The notes under the pieces: model-generated | Databases searched by the model: none | What the model saw: only the letters and a program-made list of their open reading frames with translations | Told to the model about the DNA's origin: nothing | Program-made: the position numbers and the translations under genes | Part shown: positions 1-9,000 of the stretch, piece by piece | Numbering within the stretch: position 1 is the first letter of the stretch | How the letters are laid out: the number at the start of each line of letters is the position of its first letter | Assembly: GCA_015523565.1 (NCBI GenBank) | Contig: WAKA01000002.1 | Coordinates: 1 to 11,743, forward strand | Direction of reading: 5' to 3' | DNA from: Candidatus Heimdallarchaeota archaeon | GTDB taxonomy: Archaea; Asgardarchaeota; Heimdallarchaeia; Heimdallarchaeales; Kariarchaeaceae | Length of the DNA: 11,743 nt

Positions 1-449
1 AATTTACAGGTTATGGTTGGAACGTACAGAACAATGGGTCATAAACCTGTAAACCACATTAGATGTTAATTGTCATGCTTATCATAAAATCCAGACTTTT
101 ATTTCTGTTTGCCGATATACGATATACAAATCTCCACCACTTTTAAGGAAACCAATCCGAGAAGGGTCTGTGTAAGAAAATTACATTAAAGTTTCGGGTT
201 CAATTAAAAGAATTTTGGAATTGATACAGCAAAGAGGTAGAGGTAAGGTTATAGATGCAGTTGGTTCCCCTTCTGCCGTTAGGGAAGAGCAATAAACCGA
301 AAAAAATTGCGCATAGTTTTTGCTAAATGTAAAACATACCGTGCATGATTTGCGAAATGAAGCACCAAAGAGTTATTTTCTGGAAGAGAATTTGATGAAG
401 AAACCATTGGAACCAATGGAACCGATAGAAATGATGGAAAGGGAAATAC

Positions 450-480
450 ACTGTTCAACACATTTGAACAGTCCGTTCAA
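450..480. promoter_or_regulatory. Candidate transcription-factor operator: perfect 9-bp inverted repeat plus a third phased half-site
   Basis: ACTGTTCAA(450-458)-cacat-TTGAACAGT(464-472) is a perfect inverted repeat. Hexamers GTTCAA/TTGAAC/GTTCAA start at 453, 464 and 475 (11-bp phase), directly upstream of a TATA-like box. Confidence 0.5.
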
Positions 481-489
481 GGGTATAGG

Positions 490-497
490 TTATAATA
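490..497 (+). promoter_or_regulatory. Putative archaeal TATA box for the 529-2765 unit
   Basis: TTATAATA lies about 30-40 bp upstream of ATG 529, a spacing compatible with a short-leader archaeal transcript. Inference only. Confidence 0.35.
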
Positions 498-528
498 TCA
501 CCCCTTTGTGATTATATTTGAAAGAAAT

Positions 529-2253
529 ATGAAGGTATTGGGTCTTTTTATCCCTTCAAAAAAATCTCTTTGGACCATTGCATTATTGCATTTATTATTG
601 CTCACCACGATATTTGCAGGCATTCCATTGTATGAACAGAAGAGGGTGGCGAGCGGATATACCGACCTGTCCATTCTGCCAAAGAGTATCCGATTTTTGG
701 GGGAACGCGCGTATTTTGTGGCATTTTCGTATGAATGGGAGAGCCCAGACAGTTTTGAATATGAAAATGTCACATATCGGTATTTTTTTGGGTTTTTTGA
801 TTTCAATGGGAGGAGGATGGAGCTAGTTCCTTTTTTTGAGACCAGCATGTCCTTCATTTACACCAATGGGACAAGAACACATTATAGTTTCAAAATTCTG
901 AAGGTTAAGGGCAATACTGCAAATATATTGGTTTCAGAGGAATTCACGGTTTATAAGCCGATAAGAGAAAAGGTTGTAAGAGATTATGTATTCCAGTTGG
1001 ATATGCTTTCAGGAGAGACAAAATTTGTCTTGTTGACATATCCGAGTGATTTAGATTTAAAATATCGGATGATCACGGCGTATAATTCCACATCAATGCT
1101 TCTCATTCTTAGGGAAAGGAAAAAAGGCTATTTGGCAATTTCACCAACTCTTTCAGATGAAATGGATGCAAAATTAAAAAACGCAGATGGTATGGGGAAG
1201 GTATTTCATTTTTCCATGTCTCAGGGAATCTTGGAATCTCGTGAATTAGTAAATACCACAGTCGATACCATTAATATCAATGAGACAGTGGGATTTGATG
1301 GATTGAACATAACTGAATCATCATTAAAAGCAGATGAGGCGTATATGATCGGTGATGACCTGTTTGATTTGCGCTTATTGTTGATTGACAAGCAGGGAAG
1401 ATTGCATTTTAGGGTTTCAAAAGGTACAGAATATCCCTCTGACGGAAATAGCACAACAAACACGGCGGAGTATCTTGCCTTGGATCCAAGTATTGGAAAG
1501 ATGGTATATTGGGATTTGATTACCAATATGGACATAGATTTCATGAGGATTGCACAAATGGGAACTGATGAGTTCCTTCTTTCTTTTTATGCCCCTGTTG
1601 TCCAGGGTTTTTTCAATGATGAAAGGTACTGGATAGAATCTCCTAATTTTGACAGGGATGCGTACAACCAATGGATTTCATCACGGAGAGTTCAACTGGC
1701 GAAGTTTGATCCATTTCATCCCACATTGGAGAATTATATTCAATTCAATAAATCAATAAGTCAAACAAACAAATCAACAGTCATCTATCCTAGACTGGTA
1801 AATGCAACAGCCATTCCATTCTCAGAACATATTTCATCCCTTGGTTTTGGAACACCAATCTTTGACCCGATAAGTAGGGAGATTGGAATTCCACTTCTTC
1901 TCCTAAAGACAGAAGACGGCTATAAATCAATCATTCCTACAGAAGATGGAGGGATGATTTCCTTAGGGGACGGGAAAGCATTGACGGTTCAATTGTTTAC
2001 GGACAATCTCACTTATTTAAGAACTAATGAGCTGTTGGGTCCTGATGAGAAGTTAAAGGGAAGCTATCCCACATCTGATGAGATTCCGACATCATTGGCG
2101 GGATGGAACTTTATTAGTATAATAGGGATGATGTTATCAGCAAATGGGTTGAACATAGTTGTCAGTGGTTATTACAGTTCACCGATATTGGGAAGCAACA
2201 GCCTAGGTGATTATTTCTTTCGTTTCAGCAAGGAGGAGATTTTTCAGGAATGA
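529..2253 (+). CDS. Uncharacterised membrane-anchored or secreted surface glycoprotein, probably a beta-propeller
   Basis: Long ORF. The track start is GTG 508; ATG 529 is preferred because of the promoter position. N-terminal basic patch then a hydrophobic helix (KKSLWTIALLHLLLLTTIFAGIPLY). 11 N-x-S/T sequons and no Cys. Recurring blade-end-like motifs (FFDFNGRR, FQLDMLSGE, LALDPSIGK, IFDPISRE). Confidence 0.75.
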   Translation: MKVLGLFIPSKKSLWTIALLHLLLLTTIFAGIPLYEQKRVASGYTDLSILPKSIRFLGERAYFVAFSYEWESPDSFEYENVTYRYFFGFFDFNGRRMELVPFFETSMSFIYTNGTRTHYSFKILKVKGNTANILVSEEFTVYKPIREKVVRDYVFQLDMLSGETKFVLLTYPSDLDLKYRMITAYNSTSMLLILRERKKGYLAISPTLSDEMDAKLKNADGMGKVFHFSMSQGILESRELVNTTVDTININETVGFDGLNITESSLKADEAYMIGDDLFDLRLLLIDKQGRLHFRVSKGTEYPSDGNSTTNTAEYLALDPSIGKMVYWDLITNMDIDFMRIAQMGTDEFLLSFYAPVVQGFFNDERYWIESPNFDRDAYNQWISSRRVQLAKFDPFHPTLENYIQFNKSISQTNKSTVIYPRLVNATAIPFSEHISSLGFGTPIFDPISREIGIPLLLLKTEDGYKSIIPTEDGGMISLGDGKALTVQLFTDNLTYLRTNELLGPDEKLKGSYPTSDEIPTSLAGWNFISIIGMMLSANGLNIVVSGYYSSPILGSNSLGDYFFRFSKEEIFQE

Positions 2254-2765
2254 AGAAGAGGGATATTTCAACCTACCCTACAATTGAACAGGTGGGGAGA
2301 AAAAAAGTCGAAATAGATGACTTGAAAGGGAATACCCTTAAAGTTTATTATTATCTTGCAGATACAGCAGAGCCTTCTGGACCGCGGGAAATACAGAGGC
2401 AGTTGGGCCTTTCCTCACCCTCATTGGCCGTTTACCATTTGAATCGGCTTTTAGAGGCAAATTTGGTGCAAAAGACGGCAGATGGTCGTTATTTCATAGA
2501 GGGGGATCCAGTAAGGCTTGGAGAATTGAAGGATCATGTGAAAATTGCTGGAAATTTGATTCCAAGGATACTACTTTATATTTACCATGCATTGCTGTCG
2601 ATTTTTGTCGCAGTGATATTCTATATCAATGATTTGCCAATAGTTTATTGGTTTGCTTACACCATCGGTTCCAGCTTGATATTTTCAGGACTGCTGCTTT
2701 ATGATGCGAAAAAACTGTACGGTCATTTGATTCAAAAAAAATTAGGCAAGAAAGGTGAATCATAA
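2250..2765 (+). CDS. Membrane-tethered winged helix-turn-helix (ArsR-like) transcriptional regulator with two C-terminal TM helices
   Basis: LKGNTLKVYYYL...GPREIQRQLGLSSPSLAVYHLNRLLEANLVQK..DGRY is a typical wHTH. It is followed by two hydrophobic segments and a Lys-rich tail. ATGA overlap with the upstream gene, and AAGGAGG upstream. Confidence 0.85.
   Translation: MKKRDISTYPTIEQVGRKKVEIDDLKGNTLKVYYYLADTAEPSGPREIQRQLGLSSPSLAVYHLNRLLEANLVQKTADGRYFIEGDPVRLGELKDHVKIAGNLIPRILLYIYHALLSIFVAVIFYINDLPIVYWFAYTIGSSLIFSGLLLYDAKKLYGHLIQKKLGKKGES
2734..2741 (-). terminator. Putative oligo-U terminator for the minus-strand cluster
   Basis: A8 on plus (T8 on minus) about 25 nt past the chaperone stop, inside the 3' end of the convergent regulator gene. 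Confidence 0.3.
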
Positions 2766-2766
2766 A

Positions 2767-3381
2767 TTATTGTGCATTGTTCATTCGAGCCATGACATTT
2801 TTTGTCTCCTCATAAAGGATTTTGATGCATTTGAAGAGGGGCTTGTAAAGATTGAGTTCATCGTCACATGTGCATGATGAGACCTTGGATGTTATTGCAT
2901 TGAGATGGGGGATGAAGAATTTTCTGAGGAGTTGACGACCTAGCTTGATGGAGCTTTCATTATTTTCCATTACAGAAATGGATAGAATGATGGACAAAAG
3001 GACAAGCTCATTGCCGATATGGTCGGGAAAATTTCTACCTTTAAGTTTAAAATCCAATCCCAATTCACGGAGATATTCCCGATAGAAGTCAGGTTTGATT
3101 CTTGAAAAGAATAGTGCAGAGGTATAAAGTGGGAGGGCACATGCGGCAGGAATTATGAAATGATGGTTGAAAACCTGAATAAAACGTTCCCAATTGTCAT
3201 TTGTTTCAATTATACGTTTTGCAATTTCAGATAGCTGTCTGAATTCGGGGAAATCAACGTTTGCGGAAATCTCACCGATAGCCTTTACCTTTTCCGCATC
3301 TGGTTTTTCATCCAGTAGGAAATTTCCTAAGAGGTTCAGGAATTGGGCTTCAGGAATGATTTCAAGTCCGTACTCATTCAT
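2767..3381 (-). CDS. TorD/DmsD-family redox enzyme maturation chaperone (TtrD-like)
   Basis: PDHIGNEL matches the family (E)PxDHxxxEL motif. HHFIIP..ALPLYTSAL resembles LFxGP..PPYxSxY, and FFIPHL resembles the FxxxHL helix. About 200 aa and helical. GGGAGG SD. Context next to Tat and a Mo-bisPGD enzyme. Confidence 0.85.
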   Translation of the reverse strand: MNEYGLEIIPEAQFLNLLGNFLLDEKPDAEKVKAIGEISANVDFPEFRQLSEIAKRIIETNDNWERFIQVFNHHFIIPAACALPLYTSALFFSRIKPDFYREYLRELGLDFKLKGRNFPDHIGNELVLLSIILSISVMENNESSIKLGRQLLRKFFIPHLNAITSKVSSCTCDDELNLYKPLFKCIKILYEETKNVMARMNNAQ

Positions 3382-4723
3382 TTGCGTTACCCTCCCGCAT
3401 CAAGATGTCTTCATTTTGTTTCTTTTCGAGGGCATGGTCTTTTCCATTGTGTTTGAAACGGATTTCCACATCCCCTCCACGCGTCAGGCGAATATATTCC
3501 AAGTCTGAGGGTCTTAATTCCATTTCATTTAATGTTTTTTCGATATATCTTTGGGTGGTATCCCCTGGAAGGTAGACCTTGTCCCAAATATCGTAAAAGC
3601 CATTGACTTCCTTGTTGTTGATCAGTCCTATCACAATGCGTTCTACTTTTTCAGTGTCTTCCTCGCCCACCATGTTCGCGATGTCCCCGATTTTTACGTT
3701 CCTGAAAATGGGTGTTGATTTTAGGACTGTTTTTGTCTTTTCGATGAGGATTTTGTGCTTTAATGTCTCAGGGTCTATGTCAATGGCTTCCTCATCCTCA
3801 CCCATGACCCCTTTCACACGGTTCCTTAATTTTTGACGTTTCTGTTCAATTTCCTCTCGCAGTTGCCTTTGCCTTATCTCTTCAGATCGTCTCTTGATTT
3901 CTTCCGCTTTTGATTTTGCCCGATCCAAGTTCACATCTGGTTTTTTTAGGGCGGTAGAGCCTTTAGCTCTTGTTGCTTTTCGGGCAAGCTGCAACATTTG
4001 TTCCTTTTGAACCTCTTCTACGATATAAATGAAATTCTTGTTTACATTGGCCATCAAAAAGTCAAACATTACAAAAATGAACCATATTGTGAAAAATCCC
4101 AATTCTGAATTGTATTGAAATCCGATTAGAGGCACTTCAAGCAGAAAAGTTCGGTTTGCAAAAGAGAAAATGGGAGAATAGGAGGCAATCACGAAAAGTA
4201 TTCGGAACCTTGTCAATGTGTTTCCAGCAATGCTTGTTCTTAGCACGGCTTTTGTCTCTTTTTCAGAGAAAACTTCAATGTCAAGCAGGAAATCCATTCC
4301 ATACGACCCCTTGTAAAGTGCGGAAATTTCCCTAGACGGCTTTTCCAGAAGTATTTTCGCCCGCAATGCCTTCAAGGTATTTATCAGCACCATATATGCT
4401 CCGTTTGTGTTAAGCTTGAATGTCTGTTCAAACTTTAATTCAAACATTGAAAGATATTTTGGGAATACAAATGCCGCAAGAGTTACCCCGCCCATGAAGA
4501 GAATGATTTCAAATTGAGCTGCGGTCAGTAACAACTGATCAAAATAGATTTGCATGGTATAACCCATTGCAAAATACCCAATAATGACGCTGAGATATTT
4601 GAACATCTGCTTTTTTGATTTTATGTTGTCGCGATAGAGATAAAAGGGTATCAAAACGGCAATCAACAATAAGGTCCATGATGATTGAAAAGAACGAGAG
4701 AGTTGAACTAAGGTTTCATCCAT
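3374..4723 (-). CDS. Hypothetical polytopic membrane protein with coiled coil and C-terminal PCI-like winged-helix domain
   Basis: The track start is 4738. The second ATG (4723) is preferred because it overlaps the tatC stop (TAATG) and has GGAGG 8 nt upstream. About 5 hydrophobic segments, an E/R/K/Q-rich coiled coil (aa ~270-310, track numbering), then VKIGDIANMVG..TEKVERIVIGLINNKEVNGFYDIWDKVY, which resembles PCI/WH domains. Confidence 0.75.
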   Translation of the reverse strand: MDETLVQLSRSFQSSWTLLLIAVLIPFYLYRDNIKSKKQMFKYLSVIIGYFAMGYTMQIYFDQLLLTAAQFEIILFMGGVTLAAFVFPKYLSMFELKFEQTFKLNTNGAYMVLINTLKALRAKILLEKPSREISALYKGSYGMDFLLDIEVFSEKETKAVLRTSIAGNTLTRFRILFVIASYSPIFSFANRTFLLEVPLIGFQYNSELGFFTIWFIFVMFDFLMANVNKNFIYIVEEVQKEQMLQLARKATRAKGSTALKKPDVNLDRAKSKAEEIKRRSEEIRQRQLREEIEQKRQKLRNRVKGVMGEDEEAIDIDPETLKHKILIEKTKTVLKSTPIFRNVKIGDIANMVGEEDTEKVERIVIGLINNKEVNGFYDIWDKVYLPGDTTQRYIEKTLNEMELRPSDLEYIRLTRGGDVEIRFKHNGKDHALEKKQNEDILMREGNANE

Positions 4724-5616
4724 TAGATTTGCCTCCATACATTGCTTGATTGAATTTTTCTACTAAATCTGTTCCTGTAGCCCATTTGTATTGTGGCTTC
4801 ATAAATCACCAACAAAGGTCCAGAAAGGACAAGCATGCTGACCATTGTCGGATCGGGCGTGATTACTGCGGCAAATGTCAAGACTGCAAGAATTACCGCT
4901 TTTCTGTTTTTGACCAAATAGTCAGGGTCAATCACTTCCATGATGACCAAAATATATATGATACCAGGAAGCATATAAAGCAACCCAGCAGAGAAAACAG
5001 TCCATATGATTATTGAATAGATGGATTCCAACGTGAAGAAGAGAGCCAAGGGAACTTTACCGTCCCCATAATTAATGAGGGGGGAACTTATGACAGTCAA
5101 AACGTTTAAAGTTGTTGGGGTGACAATAAAATAGGCAATAACCCCTCCCAAAAAGAACAGCCCAATAAGAATAAACATGGCTTCCCTTAGCAGACGTTTT
5201 TCATGGGCATACAAGGCAGGAGCCATGAATTGGTAAAGATTCCATAGCAAGTAGGGAAGGTTGATGATGAATGACAGAATTAGAGCCACCTGTGCGCCAA
5301 TGGAGATAGTCGTCAGGGGAGAAGAAACAATGATTTGCACTTTGGTTTTTAACATGAGCTTAACAGATGTTTGAAGAATAACCATCATTATCCGATAAAT
5401 TCCAGGAGAATAATCATGCATTGTGAATTGCCTGTCCAAAAATTTTTCAGGGACGAAAAAAATCGCAATTGCTGTCAAGAAAATGCTGGCGTATACCCTT
5501 CTCAGCCTGATAATAAGCTCTATCAGATATTCCATTGAATTGCCAGAAAAACCCCTCTGGTAAATTGATTGTGCATAGATCTTTTGTGAAATTGTGGGGT
5601 CATATCCTGCAATCAT
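4723..5616 (-). CDS. tatC: Twin-arginine translocase subunit TatC
   Basis: YLIELIIRL (HLxELRxRL-like), PYLLWNLYQFMAPALYAHEKR and AAVITPDPTMVSMLVLSGPLLVIYE motifs. About six TM segments. Adjacent to tatA. Confidence 0.96.
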   Translation of the reverse strand: MIAGYDPTISQKIYAQSIYQRGFSGNSMEYLIELIIRLRRVYASIFLTAIAIFFVPEKFLDRQFTMHDYSPGIYRIMMVILQTSVKLMLKTKVQIIVSSPLTTISIGAQVALILSFIINLPYLLWNLYQFMAPALYAHEKRLLREAMFILIGLFFLGGVIAYFIVTPTTLNVLTVISSPLINYGDGKVPLALFFTLESIYSIIIWTVFSAGLLYMLPGIIYILVIMEVIDPDYLVKNRKAVILAVLTFAAVITPDPTMVSMLVLSGPLLVIYEATIQMGYRNRFSRKIQSSNVWRQI

Positions 5617-5629
5617 GGGGAATACCTTC

Positions 5630-5914
5630 CTATGATTGCCTTGATAGAATGTCTTCCGCGATTTCCTCTATGCTTCTGCCTTCTGTGGGAATGTTCAATG
5701 ATTTTGCGGTGGCAATGAGTTCGTCCTCTTCTGTCAATGGCTTTGTCATTTCTGTTGCACCAGTCATGATATCCTTTTTGACCTCATTCAGTCCCATTTT
5801 GTATTGTCTTGTTGCTTGCCCAAGTGACCTGGCAATTTCAGGCAATTTATTTGGACCGAAAAGTAATAGCGCTGCACCCAAAATCAAAAAGAGTTCTGTT
5901 GGACCGACTGTCAT
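5630..5914 (-). CDS. tatA: Twin-arginine translocase subunit TatA
   Basis: GPTELFLILGAALLLFGPNKLPEIARSLGQATRQYK: short TM helix, FG hinge, amphipathic helix. Confidence 0.96.
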   Translation of the reverse strand: MTVGPTELFLILGAALLLFGPNKLPEIARSLGQATRQYKMGLNEVKKDIMTGATEMTKPLTEEDELIATAKSLNIPTEGRSIEEIAEDILSRQS

Positions 5915-6091
5915 ACCTCAAATTTCCTTTGATCGAATAAAAATACTAAGATGGAAAGATATACAAATGCAAGTAAAAATGCATAGAACTAGTCAATTAT
6001 TCTTGACAAACAAGGGAGATATGTTAAAAACTGATCAATTTTCCATCATTTGTTGGAAATCATTGAATTTTTGGATAGTAATGTACAATCA

Positions 6092-9000
6092 TTATTTCTT
6101 GGTTATTTTTACCATGGTATCATAAAAGACAGCACTGCCTCCGATGGGATCAGTCAGGCAAATTTCACCGTCTGAATAACTCGTGTCCAATCGCATTATG
6201 CCATTAAGGTTGAAACCCGTACCCTTGCGTGGATCCCCTGGGACTTCCTTGTCTCCTTCTTTCCATCCTGAGGCACCATAATGGCTGTGACCAAAGGAAT
6301 GGGCAAACATTACAACTCCTGGACGGACAAGGTTGGTAACATATACCTGGACATCCATCCCTTCAGGATTTGTTTTAGAGGAAACATTCACCCAATCACC
6401 AGTTTTCAGTCCAAGATTTTCAGCATCCATGACATTGATCTCCAATGCATTCTTGGGAAGCAATTCAACCAATGTGGGATTGTTAGCTGTTCTTGATTGG
6501 GTATGGATAGGCAACTTATAGGTGATCATTCTGAAGGGATAGTCATCCTTGTCTGCTTCTATCACTAGATTGCCTGCCATATCCTTGATTGGTTCATAGG
6601 TTGCAGTTCCCCAAAATTTCTCGCCTGTCATCGGATGCGTCTTTGTGGCAACCTTTTCAATCCAGATATTGCATATCTTTCCGAGAGTATGGGGCTGGAA
6701 TGAGCCTGAATTCTCATAAGCAGAGTAATCCTCGAAAAGACCACCTCGGTCAAGCATGTATTTGATTTTCTCATTGATGGTGTCACCAGGAAGTGATCCC
6801 GTATTTGCCTCATAATCCTCCACAAGATTTTGGAAGAGTCTCCTATACCAGTCCCAAGCGTCCATGAGATCCTCGCCAGAACCGAAGGCGTCTTTTCCAA
6901 CACCATCCAAGGGAACTCCATGAACTTCTTTCATCCGTCGGGCAAGTTCAATATATATGTCCTCTGCCATTTTGCAATTCTCATAACCCGGGGCAGGTCG
7001 GTAGGTATATTCACCAGTTGTTGGATCGAATTTTCCAAAAATGGGCTGGCGTACGCCAGATGTCTTTGTCAAAATGGAAGATGCAACATGGGGTGTCCCA
7101 AATCTCTCATAGAAAGTTACATCGGGAAGGATATAATCCGCATATGCTGATGCCTCACCCATGACGACATCTACAGAAATGAACAATGGAAGTTGATATC
7201 CATCACCATCCTTGGCAGGCATCTCAATAACCTCTTGGACCTTCTTGGATCCAGGAATAGAGTAATTGGGATTACCCATGTGATTCCATACAACAAGAGG
7301 ACGATAGGGGTATTCACTTTCAATGGCACCCCAGACTTCTTGCCAGACATTGGATGTCAATGGGTAGAAAGGACGAGGTGGTTTGGGGGTGGAACCAGGA
7401 TTTGCAGCAACTGCCGCATCATATTCAGGATTTCCAGGAGCCCATTCAATTCCTTCGCGAGTCAATTTCCAACCACTTGCGGAAACAGTTGTTCCCATGG
7501 TCTTAATTGCACCATAGGTGGTGGATCCTTTTGTCTCGTGCCAATGACCGCCTCCTTTTGCCATGCCACCTTTCCAGTCGATATTACCCATCAGCAGATT
7601 TAGAAGGATAATGGAGACTCCGTTATAATAGCCATTAGTGTGCTGAACTGCACCACGATACAGATCTGCCCCACTTCTCTTGCCTGCCTTGGCAAATTCC
7701 TGAACCATTTCAATGAATTGATCCTTCAAATCCGCAACTCCACAAATCTGGAGCCATTCGTCTATTGTCTTGGATTCAGCCTGTTCCCTGTATAATTCAA
7801 TAGCAGTTTTTGCAGTACCGCCACCAGGGATGGATATTGAACCGGGGAACAATGTCCCAGAATTTGCAGTGGTTGCATCCTCAAAATCAGACCCACTCCA
7901 GACAACAGGGTTTTCGTCATTTGTCCCATCATTTTTTCCAACATCAGCCATTGTCACAAATTTATGAGTGTCGATGTTGACGAGCCATGTTGCATTGGTA
8001 CCAGATTTTTCACCATTTGCGGCTACAGCAGTCATGTTTGGAGCACTAAGGAACGTGGCATCATAGAGATCATTTGAGAAGATGTAATTTGCAATTGCCA
8101 AGGCAAAAGCAGCATCCGTCCCAGGAATTATTGGGAACCACCAATCAGCATGTTTTGCAGTATTGGAAAACCGGGGGTCAACCACGGCATATTTGCCACC
8201 CCTAATCTTAAATCTCGCAACCTTGTCTGCCAAACCATTGAATGGGAATTGGGCATCCAAGTAAGATCCTCCAAATGTAATAAAGAATTCAGAGTTGTCA
8301 AAATCAGGATGCATTTTATCTTTCCCAACAACATTCTTATATGCAATGTGATGGCTTTGTTCACATATGGTGGTATGGTCTATTCGAGAATTGACCGTTC
8401 CGAAAACATGACCGAAGATTCTATCGGACAATTCTTTTCTTCCGTGTTCAGACCTGCCAACTAAGAATACGATAAGATTCCGCTTGGATCCAAGCCATGG
8501 CTTGTTTGGATCAATCAAATCATCAGTAATCAGATCCTTCATTCCAGTGAATTTGTATTTTTTCCCATCTGGACCATCAAGTTCTGCACCCAATATAATT
8601 TCATCATATGCCTGTTCCCAACTTATTGGCTCCCATTCGCCAGAACCACGGGGACCTTTCCTTTTCAGGGGTTGGGTAAGCCTTTGAGGATCATAGAGAG
8701 TTTCTATTCCAGCCTGACCCTTGGCACAAAGATGCCCCACTTGTGTATCAGACACGATGGATCCATTTTCCTCTTTTCCAGTATTTCCATTTTCCAATAC
8801 GGGAGTGTTGAAGGGGATGGGTTCACCTTTTGCATTAGGATGGAATGGGTTGCCATCCAATTTGATTAGTTCAGGGTTTGTATCGAAATCCAGCACTTTG
8901 GCTTGAAATCCACAGCCACCATGGCATTGCAGACAAATGGAACGTACTAGTTTTACTTTGTCGCTTTTTTCAGTGGCATCAGGAAGAATAGCCTCACCAT

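Noticed and set aside
400-444. Degenerate 9-bp tandem repeat (GGAACCAAT-like) containing CCATTGG-aa-CCAATGG
   Set aside because: Only 3-4 poorly conserved units with no spacers. It is not CRISPR-like and no function can be supported.
2-511. Possible decayed gene in plus frame 2, including the 63-aa ORF 320-511
   Set aside because: The frame has stops at 50, 173, 293, 314 and 509 and no recognisable motif. It cannot be distinguished from non-coding DNA without a homology search, and it overlaps the probable promoter.
508-528. GTG start at 508 for the surface protein
   Set aside because: Too close to the putative TATA box (490-497) to be transcribed. ATG 529 gives a normal n-region.
4724-4738. 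ATG start at 4738 for the membrane protein
   Set aside because: It would overlap tatC by 16 bp and contains the GGAGG that is well spaced for ATG 4723.
5992-6007. GTCAA-N6-TTGAC inverted repeat between ttrA and tatA
   Set aside because: 5-bp arms are expected by chance. An internal tat promoter is plausible but not demonstrable.
5535-6125. 196-aa plus-strand ORF
   Set aside because: Antisense shadow over tatA and the ends of tatC and ttrA, with a TTG start, Ser-rich sequence and no motif.
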